Shown: one piece after another, positions 60,788-64,000 of the stretch
How the letters are laid out: the number at the start of each line of letters is the position of its first letter
Numbering within the stretch: position 1 is the first letter of the stretch
Origin: Candidatus Latescibacterota bacterium
GTDB taxonomy: Bacteria; Latescibacterota; UBA2968; GCA-2709665
Reading direction: 5' to 3'
DNA: 64,000 bases
NCBI GenBank assembly: GCA_965237675.1
Contig: OZ250150.1
Coordinates: 512,001-576,000, forward strand
Translations under genes and position numbers: made by a program
Notes under the pieces: model-generated
The model's database searches: none
Seen by the model: the letters and a program-made list of their open reading frames with translations, nothing else
What the model was told of the DNA's origin: nothing

Positions 60788-61953
60788 ACCTGGCGAGCAG
60801 GATGGCGCAGCTTGGCACCGAATCTGCGTTCGAAGTCCTGGTCAAAGCGCGAGACCTCGAAGCCCAGGGCAGAGATGTGGTCCACCTTGAAATCGGCGAA
60901 CCCGATTTCGATACACCGCTCCATATTGTCGATGCCGCCCAACAGGCGCTTCATTCGGGTTATACGCACTACGGTCCTCCGATGGGCCTGCCGGAACTCC
61001 GCGAAGCCATCGCGAAGGATGTCTCCCGGTTCCGGGGAATTTCAGTCAATCCTGATCAGGTTGTGGTGACCCCGGGCGCCAAACCGATTATGTTCTACGC
61101 CATTCTGGCGCTTGCCCAGCCAGGAGACGAGGTTATCTATCCCGACCCCGGGTTTCCAATCTACGAGTCGGTAATCAGATTTGCGGGCGCCAAACCGGTA
61201 CCAATTGCGCTCAAAGAGGAACGCGCCTTCAGTCTCGACGTGAACGAACTTGCTGATCTGATCACGGAGCGCACCCGGCTTCTCATCATCAATTCCCCTC
61301 AAAACCCTACCAGTGGCATCATTCCGCCGGGAGACCTGGAGGCGATCGCGGAAATCGTCGTCGACAAAGGTATCCCGGTCCTTGCCGACGAGATCTATTC
61401 CCGGATCCTGTACGAAGGCGAATTCCACAGCATCTCCGTTTACGAGGGCATGCAGGACCAGACCATCATCCTGGACGGCTTATCCAAGACCTACGCCATG
61501 ACGGGATGGCGCATCGGTTACGGGGTGATGCCGCGAAGCCTTGCGGATCAATTCGGCCTCCTGATGGTCAACAGCAATTCCTGCACTGCGTCGTTCACCC
61601 AACGCGCCGCCCTGGCCGCACTCCAGGGTCCGCAGGATGACGTCCACGCGATGGTGGCTGAATTCAGACGGCGGCGGGACATCTTTGTCTCAGGACTCCG
61701 CGAAATTCCGGGCATTCGCTGCTCACTCCCCGGCGGCGCATTCTACCTCTTTCCGAATGTCTCAGACCTGGGTCTCTCCTCACAGAAATTCGCCGACTAC
61801 CTCCTGTACGAAGGAAATGTCGCGGCTCTATCCGGACATGGCTTCGGCGCCCGTGGCGAAGGCCACCTCCGCTTCTCCTACGCCAATTCGATCGAAAATA
61901 TCCAAAAAGCTCTGAACCGCATCGCAGATTGCGTGCGGAAAATCCGGGGATAA
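60784..61953 (+). CDS. Class I PLP aminotransferase (aspartate/aromatic)
   Basis: GEPDF, NSPQNPT, DEIY, SKTYAMTGWRIG; coupled to pheA. Confidence 0.93.
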   Translation: MNLASRMAQLGTESAFEVLVKARDLEAQGRDVVHLEIGEPDFDTPLHIVDAAQQALHSGYTHYGPPMGLPELREAIAKDVSRFRGISVNPDQVVVTPGAKPIMFYAILALAQPGDEVIYPDPGFPIYESVIRFAGAKPVPIALKEERAFSLDVNELADLITERTRLLIINSPQNPTSGIIPPGDLEAIAEIVVDKGIPVLADEIYSRILYEGEFHSISVYEGMQDQTIILDGLSKTYAMTGWRIGYGVMPRSLADQFGLLMVNSNSCTASFTQRAALAALQGPQDDVHAMVAEFRRRRDIFVSGLREIPGIRCSLPGGAFYLFPNVSDLGLSSQKFADYLLYEGNVAALSGHGFGARGEGHLRFSYANSIENIQKALNRIADCVRKIRG

Positions 61954-62056
61954 CACGTCGCTTCAATCATGAACCTCCGGTTGAAGGGTTCCGGGAGCTT
62001 ATCGACATAATGAAGCGAGCCCGACGTTTCGACGGGAAACCCGGCTTGCGGGCCGC

Positions 62057-62100
62057 ACACAAATAGCCCCGACAATGAAAAGTTATCGGGGCTTTGTGTT
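62057..62100. terminator. Terminator-like hairpin between convergent genes
   Basis: acacaaatagccccga...tcggggctttgtgt. Confidence 0.65.
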
Positions 62101-62176
62101 TTGGGGGCGGGCGGGGATCCGTTTCACCCGTTCGAAGGTGAATGAAAAACCCGCGGGATCCTGTTCTCCAGGCGAT

Positions 62177-64000
62177 TTACCACATCACACGAAAAGATGT
62201 CGCCGTGCTCACCTCCTGCCGGCTGTTCAAATCTAGAACATTCACGCGGAATTCCCTGGGCCCGGGGAACATCTCCAGGTTCAACACCTGATAAATCGGC
62301 TCCCACGCCTGCGATCCCTTGTGGGTGTAGGAAACCGCCGTGGTCCATTCCGGATCCGCCGCCTCGTCTTCCTTTGTGGTTCGGATCTGGTAGGTCACCT
62401 GATAGTTGGTGGCGCCGAACCGATCTTTCTGCAGATTGTAAATTTCGTAGTAGAAGTACGCCTGCGCGCCCTGCTGATACTGTTTGAGCGGATTGGGCAG
62501 AATGAGGTACTGCTCCCGCCCGTAAGTCGCTTGCTCCCTTTCAACAATTCGACGCGCAAGCAGCATATCGCTCACACTCAGCGAATCGAATCCGAATGTC
62601 CCAACCCGCAACACGCTCCGAAACGTACCTATCGATTTTGTCTTCCGATCCTCAGCCTCTGCCGCGATGAAATATTTCCCCGGCGCCAGCATCAGCTTCT
62701 CGCTGGCAAACAGATATCCTTCCCGGGTCGCCGCATATTGTACCCACGGCATCACATCCACCCTTCCGACGTCCTTCCTCAACGTATCCCAATTGGCGTC
62801 GAACAGGAACAGACCCTGGCGTATTTCCACGGCCTGCGCCCCGGTTTGCGCCTCTATGTGCTGTACTTCCTCTCCCGGAAGCGCGTAATATACCTCCACT
62901 CTGGCCTTGTCGCCGTCCCCTCGAAATCGGGCAATCTGGTAAGGCGCATCGTACCGCTCCCATTTATATGGATCCTTATAGTACTCCGGTACCTTTGTCG
63001 TCATCGCGTCGAAATCCACCGGCCGATTCCCCAACCAACCCACCCGATAGCGCCAGGTATCCCGCGCATCCGTATTTGCAAACAGCAGCCGAAATCCGCC
63101 GTAGTCCCACATCTCCAGGCGGGGACGATGTTTATACGGCATCGACCCCTGCTGATTCAGCCAATACAGATGATCCTGGTACCACACCGGCTCATCCAGA
63201 CCGGTCTCGATCTCGGGCGGGCGGACACTCCTCGCCTCCGGACGTCCATACCGGATATACGCCTGCCCTTTGTCCGTCGTCCAGCCGGAAATTCCCCGTT
63301 CCGGATCTCCGAAACGCAGGTTGGCATACGCCACCCGTCCGCAATGTTCCATCAGGCGTTCGTTGATCGGCGTCAGGAATAACGGGTCCCGCCCCGTCCA
63401 GAATGCCCGCAACGCCGCGTCATCCGGCAGGTCTTCGTCCGCCTCCATGCTCTCTTTCCCCACCAGCATGAATACGGACATCATGAACTGCTGTTGGCGC
63501 GGCGACATCCGGCCCAATCCGTTCACGTAGGCCGGATAGGCACGCGTGAGTTCGTCCTGCGCCTGGTATGCCAACCCTGAAAAGAAATAAGCGTCCGGAT
63601 CGTCCGGGTGGCGTTTCAGAAAATCCTCGAATAGCAACGCCATTTTGTCGGACATCTGGGCTTCGTAATACACCAATCCCAACAGAAGCAGCGAGGGTCT
63701 GTGGTCCGGATCGACATTCAGCGCTCTGGTCAGATATCCAATCGCCTGATCCCGGTCTTCCTCCCCGAATCTTTCCAGACTGAACGATCTCGTGCGTCGA
63801 TTGCCCATATCGTCGTACTGATAATCGACCCGCTCGCCTTCCAGGTACCGGGACATCTGCCAGGCCGCGTACCGGCCGGCCAGGTACAGAGCGCCGACGT
63901 GGTCCGGATTCAGGTCAATCGCCCTTAATGCATTCTTATAGGCGTGTCCCCTTCTGCCCAGGGCCCATAGCACTCTCGCATACTCAATGCGAAAGTCCAT
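62177..64000 (-). CDS. GWxTD-domain protein with TPR repeats (5' end outside window)
   Basis: FW...DP...TP.NE, YAN.RF...GWTTDKGQAYIRYG.P; TPR-like N-terminal helices. Confidence 0.88.
   Translation of the reverse strand: MDFRIEYARVLWALGRRGHAYKNALRAIDLNPDHVGALYLAGRYAAWQMSRYLEGERVDYQYDDMGNRRTRSFSLERFGEEDRDQAIGYLTRALNVDPDHRPSLLLLGLVYYEAQMSDKMALLFEDFLKRHPDDPDAYFFSGLAYQAQDELTRAYPAYVNGLGRMSPRQQQFMMSVFMLVGKESMEADEDLPDDAALRAFWTGRDPLFLTPINERLMEHCGRVAYANLRFGDPERGISGWTTDKGQAYIRYGRPEARSVRPPEIETGLDEPVWYQDHLYWLNQQGSMPYKHRPRLEMWDYGGFRLLFANTDARDTWRYRVGWLGNRPVDFDAMTTKVPEYYKDPYKWERYDAPYQIARFRGDGDKARVEVYYALPGEEVQHIEAQTGAQAVEIRQGLFLFDANWDTLRKDVGRVDVMPWVQYAATREGYLFASEKLMLAPGKYFIAAEAEDRKTKSIGTFRSVLRVGTFGFDSLSVSDMLLARRIVEREQATYGREQYLILPNPLKQYQQGAQAYFYYEIYNLQKDRFGATNYQVTYQIRTTKEDEAADPEWTTAVSYTHKGSQAWEPIYQVLNLEMFPGPREFRVNVLDLNSRQEVSTATSFRVMW

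Overview
GC-rich bacterial chromosome segment. The gene set (GWxTD/TPR protein, PorV/FadL-like barrel, DUF3098, PASTA-only protein next to rpe) suggests the FCB group, e.g. Latescibacterota/Gemmatimonadota-like; this is inference. The first ~22.8 kb is accessory. It holds a sugar/amide-modifying operon, an AT-richer translationally coupled three-gene cassette led by a Tse2-like ADP-ribosyltransferase, and a decayed MMPL/outer-membrane chimera. It also holds an IS1380 whose right terminal repeat was invaded by a group II intron with a matching EBS1, a DUF4143 ATPase, and metal-transport genes. The rest is mostly core: tRNA-Val, rplS-trmD-rimM-rpsP-ffh, rpe, uppS-cdsA-dxr-rseP, the dcw cluster mraZ to ftsZ, moaB, pheA and an aspC-like gene. 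The dcw cluster lacks mraY, murD and ddl and carries a possible murD 3' scar. Other points of note: two MITE families sit at stop codons, a sigma54+IHF promoter drives a 12-codon ORF, an RluA-family protein lacks the catalytic Asp, and several lipid-carrier/peptidoglycan enzymes have substitutions in normally conserved motifs. All product calls come from motif recognition by eye; no database searches were run.
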